DNA from: a virus
Lineage: Duplodnaviria > Heunggongvirae > Uroviricota > Caudoviricetes
Virus record (IMG/VR): IMGVR_UViG_3300031867_000016
Location: 1 to 27,292 of that record
Strand: one strand, 5' to 3'
Length of the DNA: 27,292 nt
A program made the position numbers and the translations under genes. A model generated the notes under the pieces. That model did not search any database, was not told where the DNA came from, and saw only the letters and a list, made by a program, of their open reading frames with translations. Each line of letters opens with the position of its first letter. The first letter of the stretch is position 1. Of this stretch, positions 13,643 to 23,269 are shown in pieces.

Positions 13643-14534
13643 TGTTACTACTCCGCAGAGTCAGAAACCAACACCCAAAGCAAAGAGAGTCTGCATTAAA
13701 TGCGGACAGTCAAAACCTATAGAAGAGTTTTATTCAAACAGAGGCTGGAAAGAACAGCTTAACCGAGATGTGTGGTGCACTTCTTGTGTTGGGAAGTGCA
13801 CCACCAAAGAAGAAATAAAAGAATACTTCTGGGAGAACCACAGAGAATACAACGAGAAGATGTGGGAAGTTGCAGTTAAACGTGCTGAGAAACTTCTCAA
13901 TAACAACCCGCTGTATGAAAAGTCTGGGGAAGATCGCAGAAGAATGATGTTGGAAAAAATAACCGCAGGCCAGGTGCCTGCGGTTATGAATATGAAAGCC
14001 TATTACAAATATATAGACACTGAAAAGAATGGCAGCACTTCTTATGCAGAAGCAAAAGCCAACGGCGAAATAACTGAAGCTGTCGATCCAGAAGAAAAGA
14101 AGTTTGACGAATTCTTTTTTGGCTATTTTAATGACAAGGAAATTAAATACCTTAACGACTACTACCACCAGATGGAAGAGGATGGTTTTGTTTTCGATAA
14201 TGAAAACCTCAGAGACTATGCCAAAGAGGTATGCCTCTCAAGTCTGGAAGTAAAGAAGCTGCGTATGGCATATAACGCAGGAAGATGTACACTGACAGAT
14301 CTCAAGGATGCTGTAACAACATTCGATACTCTGTCAAAGTCTTCCAACCTTGCGGCATGCAAACGTAAAGCCGGGGAGACAAGCGGGCTTACTTCGTGGG
14401 CTGAAACAACCATGATGCTTGAGTCAACAGGTCATACCATGCAGCGAAAAATAGAATGGGAAAAAGATGATGTTGATCGTGTAATTGACAACTACCGTCA
14501 TGTTGTAGAAGCGCTCGGCCTTGATTCCATTTAA
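13632..14534 (+). CDS. Putative terminase small subunit-like protein with an N-terminal Zn ribbon, 300 aa
   Basis: CIKC...WCTSC motif; position immediately upstream of TerL as in SPbeta-like modules. Confidence 0.6.
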   Translation: MNIDVTTPQSQKPTPKAKRVCIKCGQSKPIEEFYSNRGWKEQLNRDVWCTSCVGKCTTKEEIKEYFWENHREYNEKMWEVAVKRAEKLLNNNPLYEKSGEDRRRMMLEKITAGQVPAVMNMKAYYKYIDTEKNGSTSYAEAKANGEITEAVDPEEKKFDEFFFGYFNDKEIKYLNDYYHQMEEDGFVFDNENLRDYAKEVCLSSLEVKKLRMAYNAGRCTLTDLKDAVTTFDTLSKSSNLAACKRKAGETSGLTSWAETTMMLESTGHTMQRKIEWEKDDVDRVIDNYRHVVEALGLDSI

Positions 14535-14546
14535 GGCGGTGCTTAT

Positions 14547-16196
14547 ATGAACTTACGGACTAAACCAGGAGTAATAACGAACTGGGACCTGATGGAACTT
14601 CAGGTTCAGTTTTATCGCGATCATCTAGATATCTTTATCGAGGATCAGTTTCCACCAATAAAGCTGACACCGACACAGCACATTATTGCAAGAGAATTTG
14701 GCAGATGCAGTGACTCAAAAGATGTATGCTCCAGAGGCTACGGCAAGACATACCTCATAGCATTATGTGCTTTTGCAATGTGTTCTCTTTATCCAGGCAC
14801 AATTGTATATGTATGCTCTGGTACTGCACAGCAGGCTACTCTTGTTTTCGGCAAACTGAAAGAAATGGTTGACATGAATCCAAACATGGCTGCAGAGCTC
14901 AAGTCCAACGGGGCTCGCTCTCTGATTCAGCTTAGCAAAGACAAAGGATCATGTTACTTCAAGAACGGTTCTTACATGACAAGCTCCAGCCTTGAGTCTG
15001 CTCGCGGACTTCGTGCGAAGATTGTTATTATCGATGAAGCATTGATGCTTTCACAGGAAGACATTGATGCTATCGTTAAACCGCTTGCAAACTTCAGGCG
15101 CAGTATCAGCAGAACCTACGGCTTCAAAGACTACGATTCAAAGTTCGTAGCTATCACTTCCGCATGTGAGAAAACAAACACGTTCTACGAAGACTTCAAA
15201 CGAGTTGTTAGAGAGATGGCAAAAGGAAATAAAGAAGCTTTTGCCTGTGCTCTTGATTACCATGCTGCTATTGATGACGGCATTACAGAAGAGAAATTCT
15301 TCCTTGCGGAAAAAGCCAGAATGGCAAGCCAGATATTTGACATGGAATATGGCTCCATATTTGCCGGTTCCACAGAGAACTCGGCTTTCCCATATTCATT
15401 AAGCGAACCATGTAGAACACTTGAACATGTAGAACTTACACAGCCGAAGAACAGCAAGAGCCGGTATGTTATCGGTGTCGATATAGCAACCTCTGCGGCT
15501 AAAGGCTCAGATAACACAATTCTTTCGGTCATTAAATTTTCTGAACGATCAGACGGCTCGTTCATGAAGAAGCTTGTTTATATGCGATCCATGAACGGCG
15601 AAGGTCTCGATGTTCTCGCAAACGAAGTCAGAAAAATATATCACAAACGTTTTCCCAATACAGAACGCATCGTCTATGACGCCAGAGGCGTCGGCGATGC
15701 TTTTTCTAAATTCTTTGTAGATCCATGGCTCGATATAGAAACAGGTAAAGAATATCCTCCGCTTGTCCACGACGATGAGCTAATGTCTATTCCAAATGCA
15801 GAACCCAAGCTGCATGCGATACGTGCAGTGCAGACAATTAACCAGCACATGGCTACAACAATGCGTGTCTTTATGGAGAAGCAGACTCTGCAGATTCCAA
15901 AGAACAGCAGACTCATGCAGGTCAAAGCTCAGAACCCTGAAGAAAAATTCAAAATGAACGAAGAGGAATACGCAGTATTTCTTGAGGCCGATGCTCTTCA
16001 GTTTGAGATGGGCAATGTTATTTGCAAGGTCGGCGCATCAGGTAATGCTATTTACGATACGCCCAGAGCCGGCATGCACAAGGACCGCTATTCATCTGTA
16101 GCTATGGCATGCGATTACATCGGCATTATGGAAGAAGAAAACATAAAGAAGCATAAGCGTGGCCCGATATGCTGGGGCATTGCTTCTAAATTTTAA
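14547..16196 (+). CDS. terL: Terminase large subunit, 549 aa
   Basis: Walker A SRGYGKT, Walker B IVIIDEA, nuclease motifs IGVDIA and HKDRYSS. Confidence 0.95.
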   Translation: MNLRTKPGVITNWDLMELQVQFYRDHLDIFIEDQFPPIKLTPTQHIIAREFGRCSDSKDVCSRGYGKTYLIALCAFAMCSLYPGTIVYVCSGTAQQATLVFGKLKEMVDMNPNMAAELKSNGARSLIQLSKDKGSCYFKNGSYMTSSSLESARGLRAKIVIIDEALMLSQEDIDAIVKPLANFRRSISRTYGFKDYDSKFVAITSACEKTNTFYEDFKRVVREMAKGNKEAFACALDYHAAIDDGITEEKFFLAEKARMASQIFDMEYGSIFAGSTENSAFPYSLSEPCRTLEHVELTQPKNSKSRYVIGVDIATSAAKGSDNTILSVIKFSERSDGSFMKKLVYMRSMNGEGLDVLANEVRKIYHKRFPNTERIVYDARGVGDAFSKFFVDPWLDIETGKEYPPLVHDDELMSIPNAEPKLHAIRAVQTINQHMATTMRVFMEKQTLQIPKNSRLMQVKAQNPEEKFKMNEEEYAVFLEADALQFEMGNVICKVGASGNAIYDTPRAGMHKDRYSSVAMACDYIGIMEEENIKKHKRGPICWGIASKF

Positions 16197-16207
16197 GGAG
16201 GTGCAGC

Positions 16208-17767
16208 ATGGCTAGATTTAGTTTTAGAAACCTTTTCAGCAGAAGGCAGACTGCCAATGCCGTGCCTCAGGAAAGGCACATCATCTGGAGTATGCCTGAC
16301 CACAACGATCCAGCACTGACAGCATTTGAAAACTCAAACATAACATACAGTGCTGACCTTTCATCTGTAAACTACGATACGATTCTCAGAAACAAACAGG
16401 ACAATATTGTTCAGCTGTATCAGCTTGCTGATTACTACACTGATGCAGATGCTATTGTTCACGGCATTATCAAACATGTATACGTTCCTTTTTCGGTTGG
16501 TGAGTGGTATCTCACGTGCGATAACGAAAAGACAATAAAGATCTTTGAGGAACAGTACAAAAAGATGAGACTGCGTGAAAGCATCTCGGATATTTTTACA
16601 CAGTATTACAAATACAACAACGTGTACTGCTACATCTGGAACGGTCACATTATTACACTTGCTCCTCATAAATGCAGAATAGGAAACATTACATGGAACG
16701 GTACTCCTATAGTTGACTACGATGTACAGAGCATTGCCACCGAATTCAGACAGAGAATGTATTCGATCAACAAAGCAAAAGGTGTTGAAGATGAAACAGT
16801 AGAAGATGTTCTCAAGGCTTATCCTCCTGAAATTCTTCAGGCTATTAAAGCCAAGAAGCAGTACGCTACTTTGAATCCAGATAATACCTATGTGTTCCAG
16901 GGTTCCAAAGAAGGCTGGATGCGTTACGCAATCCCATGGATTGCCAGCGCTCTCCCGGCGCTGGCAAAGAAAGAACTCATTCAGAAGTATGAAGCTGCAC
17001 AGCTTAACATCGGCGCAAGATCCTTTGTCGAGGTTCGCTACGGCGATGACAAGATGCAGTATGAAATGCTTCCTGACAAAGCGCAGATTACAGAAATTAA
17101 AAACAATTATAAACAGGGCATGAGCGGTTACCCGCTTGTTGTTGTGCCTTATCTCTGTCAGTCAAAGGTAACACAGGCTGACATGAGTGATCTGTATCAG
17201 TGGCCTTTATATGAACAGGTTAACTCTGACATTCTCTCTGCTGGCGGTGTCGCTGGCATTATTGTTTCTGGTACCGGCAACGAAGGTTCTACCTTTGCTA
17301 GCGCACAGGTATCGGTACAGTCTGCGGCTTCACGTATTGAAGCAGCACGCAGAGAGTTTGAAGAGTTTATGTGCAAGGTAAACATTCGACTTATCGAAGA
17401 CATAAAACTTATACACACCAATAACCTTAAAGATGTTCCTACATTCCATTTCAAGCCTCTCAGCATGAGCGGTATGAAGGAACTCAGGGATGCCTGTGAA
17501 AAGCTCTGGCAGAGCGGCCTTGTATCTTCGCGTACATATCTTGAGATGCAGGGATATAGTCTTGCCAAAGAAAAGAAACAGCGCGAACTTGAAGCTTCAG
17601 ATGGAACCGATGAGACGATGACAAGTCACATTAATGTACCTACTGAAGAGTCAACAACAGGCAGACCAACAAAGACAGACGAAGAACGAAACTCCGATCC
17701 AGATAATTCAACTACAAGCAAGCAAACCAAGGACGCTAAAAATGGTGAACCTGTCGATACGGAATGA
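16208..17767 (+). CDS. Portal protein, 519 aa
   Basis: Size, position between TerL and the protease, AAGGAGG RBS, helical character. Confidence 0.85.
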   Translation: MARFSFRNLFSRRQTANAVPQERHIIWSMPDHNDPALTAFENSNITYSADLSSVNYDTILRNKQDNIVQLYQLADYYTDADAIVHGIIKHVYVPFSVGEWYLTCDNEKTIKIFEEQYKKMRLRESISDIFTQYYKYNNVYCYIWNGHIITLAPHKCRIGNITWNGTPIVDYDVQSIATEFRQRMYSINKAKGVEDETVEDVLKAYPPEILQAIKAKKQYATLNPDNTYVFQGSKEGWMRYAIPWIASALPALAKKELIQKYEAAQLNIGARSFVEVRYGDDKMQYEMLPDKAQITEIKNNYKQGMSGYPLVVVPYLCQSKVTQADMSDLYQWPLYEQVNSDILSAGGVAGIIVSGTGNEGSTFASAQVSVQSAASRIEAARREFEEFMCKVNIRLIEDIKLIHTNNLKDVPTFHFKPLSMSGMKELRDACEKLWQSGLVSSRTYLEMQGYSLAKEKKQRELEASDGTDETMTSHINVPTEESTTGRPTKTDEERNSDPDNSTTSKQTKDAKNGEPVDTE

Positions 17768-17985
17768 TAAGTCTTTCAACCTGGCAGACGTTAAAGAACA
17801 GGTTTGTGGCTCGGTGAAGATCTCACACCTAAAACGTGATCGATATCCGATATGTGATCGAGAAAGAGATGCCAAGACAATAAGGGCCGCGTAAATGGAA
17901 CAAGCGGAAACGCACCGCATTATCAAGTTGCTGTAAATCCATGGCGGAATCGCTGGACTGAAACTGCCAGCCATATCGAATTAAC

Positions 17986-18023
17986 GCGACTGCCCTCCCC
18001 TCCGGGCAGTCGCTTCTCTATTT
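17986..18023 (+). terminator. Intrinsic terminator between portal and protease
   Basis: 10-bp stem GCGACTGCCC/GGGCAGTCGC followed by TTCTCTATTT. Confidence 0.6.
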
Positions 18024-18082
18024 AATTGACAACATACTGACTCCTACCAGTATGAATCAATATACATAAGGAGAAATGCATC

Positions 18083-19300
18083 ATGCAAAAACGAATAGTT
18101 GCTAATGCTGTCATCTCCGAATTGAAGAAAACTAATGCCTGCCTTTACGTAAAAGGTGTCCTTTTCAATTTGAAAACGAACCTGAACGGTGTCCGTGTAA
18201 CAGAAGCTTTCATGGACGAAATCGTTGAGAATAAAGAGAAGTACCTTGGTATTCCTTTATGTGCAGACGTTAAAGGATTAATCAGCGGCAAAGCAATAGG
18301 TCATATGTATGACGCAAAGAAGGACGAATTTAAAAGCCAGATCATCGGCTCCATGATTGACTTTGAAAAAGTTGATTCAGAAGATGGGCCGCAATGTGTC
18401 ATTACCTACAAAGTAATGAAACGCTACAGAGCTGTGTGTGAAGCTCTGGGAAGTTTATTTGCATCTGGAGATCTTAAATTCAGTTTCGAACTTCTTGCCG
18501 GCGAATACACCGAAGAAGAAGACGGAACAATTGTTATTGACGCCAGCGAAAGCAACTATCTTGAAGGTGCTGCTGTCGTTACATTCCCGGCCTGTGAAGA
18601 AGCTGTAGCTATGCAGCTTGTTGCCGAATGTTTAAACCAAGGAGATGAGAACATGGAGAATGAAAATAAAGTGGTTGCTGAAGTCGAAGAGGAAGAAGTA
18701 AAGACTGAAGTTGCTGAAGCTGAAGAAGTTACAGCAGAGACTGAAGAAGTTGTCGCTGAAACCGAGGAAGCTGCTGTCGAAGAAGTCGTTGCCGAGACTG
18801 AGACCACTGAAACTGCAGAGGCAGAAAAAGATCCGAAGGAAGAAGAACCTGAGGAAGACAAAGAAGAGGAAAAGAAAGAAGAAGCTGAGTGCAAGGACGA
18901 AAAGAAAGAAACGGCTGAATCTCAGGAAAATGCTGAAGTCTTGACCCGTACCACACATACCGAGATAGACGAAGAGCATGCTTATGATACAGAGACAGGT
19001 GATGAGATTCATCATGAAGTAGTTGAAACTACGACTCTGTATACGACTGCTGAAGCTGACATTAAGAAGCTGACCGAATCTGTCGAGCAGCTGATTGCCG
19101 AACTCGCTGCTGTGAAGCAGGAGATCGCTGAAATGAAAGCTGAACCAGAAGAACCTCTTCATACCGTAGCAGAAGCTGCTCATGTTGAGTACGATCTGCT
19201 GAATCCTTTTGTTGAGAATATTACATCCCCAAAGAAGTATACGCTTCTTGAATCTGAAAAATCTGAAAGACAGTATAGTCTTCTCGACCCGGTAGATTGA
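18083..19300 (+). CDS. Prohead protease fused to an acidic scaffold domain, 405 aa
   Basis: N-terminal HK97-type protease pattern (GHMY, KFSFEL, GAAVVTFPA) and an E-rich low-complexity C-terminus. Confidence 0.8.
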   Translation: MQKRIVANAVISELKKTNACLYVKGVLFNLKTNLNGVRVTEAFMDEIVENKEKYLGIPLCADVKGLISGKAIGHMYDAKKDEFKSQIIGSMIDFEKVDSEDGPQCVITYKVMKRYRAVCEALGSLFASGDLKFSFELLAGEYTEEEDGTIVIDASESNYLEGAAVVTFPACEEAVAMQLVAECLNQGDENMENENKVVAEVEEEEVKTEVAEAEEVTAETEEVVAETEEAAVEEVVAETETTETAEAEKDPKEEEPEEDKEEEKKEEAECKDEKKETAESQENAEVLTRTTHTEIDEEHAYDTETGDEIHHEVVETTTLYTTAEADIKKLTESVEQLIAELAAVKQEIAEMKAEPEEPLHTVAEAAHVEYDLLNPFVENITSPKKYTLLESEKSERQYSLLDPVD

Positions 19301-19311
19301 GGTGAGTAACG

Positions 19312-20418
19312 ATGGGCCTTAAATCTTATGGCTACATGACGTTGCTCAACGACAATATATGGTACGGAAGTCAGATTCATGATACCGATATCGCTCAGGC
19401 CACAATTGTTGAACGTGTCGGCTATGACGATAAGTTTGCTATTGTAAAGAACTCAGAAGATACGACAAGTCAGTTTCTTGTTGTAGATGAGATCAATATT
19501 TTTGATGGTCTCCCTGCACTGGTTCTTGAAGTCGTCAAGCTTGATTCGCCGCTGATGTTCGTACAGAACCAGTGGGATTACAATGATGATCTCGAATATG
19601 CGATTGATATGATCGATACCGGAAACTTTATTCGCTCTCATCCGCTTACTGTTGGAGAAAAGTTTGTGATGGGACCTTACGCCAATCAGTCTGAAGGTGG
19701 CCCGCTTGTGGGCACTATGTTTACTGTTGCCGACATTAACAACCATGTCTTTGTGTCTGAATCCAATAACGATCAGGTTATTGAAGATATTGAGACTGGC
19801 AATACAGACGAACATAAGGTTGGCGACACGCTGACCTTCAACCTTGGTGATGAAGGTTTCATTACAATGACACTCGTTAAGAAAGATGCCGACATTCTTT
19901 CCGATGGTTCTGGCAAGGCAAAGACGACATGGATCGCCAATGTCATGCTGAAGAATTGGGAGAGAATGAATCCGGCTTTTTCTAATGGAGCTGATGGATA
20001 CGGAGCGATGGGCGGCTATGCTGCTTCTGAACTTGCGTACACTGTTTCAGCCCTGGAAGCATATCTTCCTGAGAATATAAAGAACTCAATTAAAGCCGTC
20101 GATAAATATCAGATGGCTTTTCTTGATGGCAATACAGAAAACGCTGTTGAGCAAAAGACTTCTCTCAGAATCTGGATTCCCAGTGCGAGAGAAATGTTTG
20201 GTGACGGATACGAAACTCAGGGACCAACGTATACCGATTACTTTAAAAATAGTGCGTCCCGTATAAAACCAAACGCAGAAACAGGTACGGCTTCACGCCC
20301 GTACTGGCTGCGTACAGCAAACAGCAAAAACAATTTCTACATCGTGCTTACAAACGGAAACATCAGCGGCGATACGCCGACTTCCAATTACGGTGTAGTG
20401 ATTGGTTTTTGCATTTAA
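19312..20418 (+). CDS. Decoration-protein paralog fused to a DUF6273/C-type-lectin-like domain, 368 aa
   Basis: The N-terminus aligns by eye with 20442-20897 (GYxT, WxG, DGxPA, DYND, HPLxVGE). The C-terminus has IWIPSAREMFG, YWLRT and GVVIGFCI. Confidence 0.7.
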   Translation: MGLKSYGYMTLLNDNIWYGSQIHDTDIAQATIVERVGYDDKFAIVKNSEDTTSQFLVVDEINIFDGLPALVLEVVKLDSPLMFVQNQWDYNDDLEYAIDMIDTGNFIRSHPLTVGEKFVMGPYANQSEGGPLVGTMFTVADINNHVFVSESNNDQVIEDIETGNTDEHKVGDTLTFNLGDEGFITMTLVKKDADILSDGSGKAKTTWIANVMLKNWERMNPAFSNGADGYGAMGGYAASELAYTVSALEAYLPENIKNSIKAVDKYQMAFLDGNTENAVEQKTSLRIWIPSAREMFGDGYETQGPTYTDYFKNSASRIKPNAETGTASRPYWLRTANSKNNFYIVLTNGNISGDTPTSNYGVVIGFCI

Positions 20419-20441
20419 ATAATTCGAGAAGGTGACAAACC

Positions 20442-20897
20442 ATGTTTGATACAGTTGCAAAGTGCGGTTATCTCACCATCGGTCTTAGTACTGTTTGGGA
20501 TGGTAAGGCAATCAATAGTACTGAAGAAATCTTCACCGATGGCATGATTGCTTATCCTGATGGTGTAGATGAGAACGGCAATATTAAACTGATCCTTAAG
20601 GATTCTGCTGCGGACCTCTTTACTGTCCGCGAAGTATGCGAGATTTATGATGGCATTCCTGCCTATGATCTGGTTGTTAAGGCTGTCGAAGGACCTGTGT
20701 ATTTCATCAAGTCCCAGCATGATTATAACGACAGCGAAGCTTATGACACTACAAAGTATGGCGCCGCTCCGGGTGCTCTCGTTGAAGCTCACCCGCTTCA
20801 GGTTGGCGAGACCATTCGTGTTTCTGCTGCTTACTTCGACGCTGAAGTTGCAGCCGGCGCAGACGTGCATCCTGCTTCTGGCAAGCTTGCCGCCTGA
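20442..20897 (+). CDS. Putative capsid decoration protein, 151 aa
   Basis: Small gene directly before the major capsid gene. Confidence 0.65.
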   Translation: MFDTVAKCGYLTIGLSTVWDGKAINSTEEIFTDGMIAYPDGVDENGNIKLILKDSAADLFTVREVCEIYDGIPAYDLVVKAVEGPVYFIKSQHDYNDSEAYDTTKYGAAPGALVEAHPLQVGETIRVSAAYFDAEVAAGADVHPASGKLAA

Positions 20898-20928
20898 TGT
20901 GCACGAATTTTTAACGAGGTGAATAGAT

Positions 20929-21927
20929 ATGTCTGAATTACATGTAAACGCAGATGCGAAAATTATAAAGGTTCTCGCAGATCAGGTTCGTGGCAAGCGT
21001 GTTGATTCCAACGCTGTCAAGGAAGCCAATGAGATCTGCCAGCAGCTTGCCATGGGTGGCAAGAGCGGGATGGAAGAAATCGCCCAAACCGTTGCATATA
21101 CAGTGAATGATCTTCAGATGGGTGCTCTCGATTTCGTAGAGACCATCGCCGATAGCCGTACTTGCAATTATAACGAGAAGGTAGCTTTCAATATGCCTAC
21201 TGGCGGCATCAAGGCCGTTATCCAGGCTAAGGGCGCTACCACGCCTCGTAGCGAAGTCGGCAGCCGTCAGCTCTTCATTGAAACGATGGAAGTGTCTGCT
21301 CGTCCTGCCATCAATATCATGGAACTCCGCTGCGGTCGTATCAATATGGCTGACCTGATCCGTCAGGCTAACGAGCAGATGACTCTCGTGAAGACCGGTC
21401 ATATTGAAAAGGTTCTGCATCAGGCTGTGCAGAATTTTGCTACTCCTTTCTATGGCTCTGGCAATGGCATTGATACCACTGTTCTGGATGAACAGATCAT
21501 GTATCTCCGCCGTCTTGGCCCGGTAGCTATTATTGGTGATATTGCTGCTGTGTCTCAGCTGGTTGGCGTTCAGGGTATGGTTGGTGCTTATGGCACTGGC
21601 ACAATCAAGTACTCTGACAACCAGGTTGACTACTTTATGGACAATGGCTATCTCGGACGTTATAAGGGCTGCGATGTTATCGCTATGCCTAACGCTTACG
21701 AGGTTGGCAAGACCACGCCTGTGCTCCAGACCAACTGGCTGTATCTCATGAACACCAACCTGTCCAAGGATCTCCGTAACCTCAAGGTTCTTACCGAAGG
21801 TTCTGTGCAGTCCTTTGAATCTCAGGACATCAATGATCTGGTGTATGAAGTACGTCTTGATCAGTGGTTCGGTGCTGCGTTCGTTACGAACAAGATTCCG
21901 ACCATTGCTGCGTATAATATCAACTAA
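20929..21927 (+). CDS. Major capsid protein, 332 aa
   Basis: Size, position, strong codon bias and a following terminator. Confidence 0.85.
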   Translation: MSELHVNADAKIIKVLADQVRGKRVDSNAVKEANEICQQLAMGGKSGMEEIAQTVAYTVNDLQMGALDFVETIADSRTCNYNEKVAFNMPTGGIKAVIQAKGATTPRSEVGSRQLFIETMEVSARPAINIMELRCGRINMADLIRQANEQMTLVKTGHIEKVLHQAVQNFATPFYGSGNGIDTTVLDEQIMYLRRLGPVAIIGDIAAVSQLVGVQGMVGAYGTGTIKYSDNQVDYFMDNGYLGRYKGCDVIAMPNAYEVGKTTPVLQTNWLYLMNTNLSKDLRNLKVLTEGSVQSFESQDINDLVYEVRLDQWFGAAFVTNKIPTIAAYNIN

Positions 21928-21935
21928 CGTGTTAC

Positions 21936-21965
21936 GCCCAGCCTGCCTCTATCGGCAGGCTGGGC
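21936..21965 (+). terminator. Terminator after the major capsid gene
   Basis: 12-bp stem GCCCAGCCTGCC/GGCAGGCTGGGC. Confidence 0.75.
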
Positions 21966-21999
21966 TTACATTTAAGGTTTAATAGGGGAGAATAAGGTT

Positions 22000-22452
22000 A
22001 TGGATAATACACGTTATCAGGTTAAAAATAAAACACACCATGATATTGGTGTTCTTCTTTCTACTGGCAATCGAGTCAGATTCAAGGCTGGCGGACATCA
22101 GTTCCTGACGCTTGATGAAATCATGTACATTGAAAGCATCTGTGCACACACAAAGTATTTCTCCAAGAAGATGCTTGTGCCGATTGACGCAAGAGGCAAC
22201 GAACTCTCCATGGAAGAACTTGATTGCTATATCAATACGGATGAAAACCCGTACTACGACGATGCTGAGATTGAAGCAAGACTCAAGCAGAGTGCTGCAA
22301 AGATCAAGGCATGGCTTGCCGATATTGAAGACCCGGCAGCTCTTGACGCAATTTATCGCGTAGCTATCAAGATGGATCTCGCAACCAGCAAGATCAAAGT
22401 TCTCAAGGAAAAGATGCCAGACAGGGACTTCCTTGAAGACGAAGAAGTTTGA
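22000..22452 (+). CDS. Phage protein (head module), 150 aa
   Basis: ORF track; position after the capsid gene. Confidence 0.75.
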   Translation: MDNTRYQVKNKTHHDIGVLLSTGNRVRFKAGGHQFLTLDEIMYIESICAHTKYFSKKMLVPIDARGNELSMEELDCYINTDENPYYDDAEIEARLKQSAAKIKAWLADIEDPAALDAIYRVAIKMDLATSKIKVLKEKMPDRDFLEDEEV

Positions 22453-22474
22453 AAATAATCTGGAGGCGATGTTG

Positions 22475-22897
22475 ATGGCGACGTCGGTTACACAGCTTGT
22501 TAATAGACTCAAGTCAGAAACGGAATGGCAGAGAACGCCGACTGTGCTTAGTGATGATGCTTATCTGGCAATGGTTAAGCACGGCATTGTTATGCTATAC
22601 GTCGACAACAACAAAGCCGCCGTTTACGATACTATTAAATACTATACAGACGAAGAGACTGGTGAGTACATGTTTGACGCGAAGCTGCTCCAGGATGAAA
22701 TAGAATACATCATGATAGTAGCTCAGATGGACTTTTTGAATAAAGTAGCAAAGAGCGTCAATGATATTGTCGGCTATACAACAGATGCTATTACTGTTAC
22801 GAACGCTGACAAACCTTATGCAAACATAGACGGTACTATCACCAGACTGGAAAAGGAACGGCGAAAGCTTTACTGGAAACTGTATCCAAGGCAGTAA
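22475..22897 (+). CDS. Putative head-tail adaptor, 140 aa
   Basis: GGAGG RBS then MATSVTQ; helical; position in the module. Confidence 0.6.
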   Translation: MATSVTQLVNRLKSETEWQRTPTVLSDDAYLAMVKHGIVMLYVDNNKAAVYDTIKYYTDEETGEYMFDAKLLQDEIEYIMIVAQMDFLNKVAKSVNDIVGYTTDAITVTNADKPYANIDGTITRLEKERRKLYWKLYPRQ

Positions 22898-22914
22898 AGC
22901 TTTGTGGAACAGGG

Positions 22915-23259
22915 ATGATAATTATGATGCATGATTACAGTGTGAATGTTGCATACAGAAACAGAGAGACTGGTGCAATTGAAGCTAGGAGATATCCATT
23001 CGAGGAGTACTGCCTTGATATCGGATATTCTTTGAAGAGAACCTTACGGCTTGTTGAAGATGCCTTTCAGGATATTCAGAATGACAAAGCAAAGGAAGAC
23101 TGGTCGGAAGATGTTCTCAAGTCTTTTCAGAGAATACGTGGTGCATTGCTTGACAATGCTAACAATATAGAAAGACTGCCGCAGACTCTATTCTATAAGG
23201 GCAGGAGTATTAATTCTCTGTCTGGCAGTGAACATGTGGCACAGCTTATAGGTGAATGA
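22915..23259 (+). CDS. Hypothetical protein, ~114 aa
   Basis: ORF track; exact start uncertain. Confidence 0.7.
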   Translation: MIIMMHDYSVNVAYRNRETGAIEARRYPFEEYCLDIGYSLKRTLRLVEDAFQDIQNDKAKEDWSEDVLKSFQRIRGALLDNANNIERLPQTLFYKGRSINSLSGSEHVAQLIGE

Positions 23260-23269
23260 GGTGGTTCCG

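Noticed and set aside
17741-17894. tmRNA tag (frame ending ...KTIRAA-stop)
   Set aside because: No tmRNA 5' GGGG acceptor strand or 3' T arm/CCA nearby; probably coincidental.
18026-18056. SigA promoter before the protease gene
   Set aside because: Perfect TTGACA but no acceptable -10 box at 16-18 bp spacing.
19312-20418. Complete DGR cassette
   Set aside because: No template repeat, reverse transcriptase or avd gene was found in this window.
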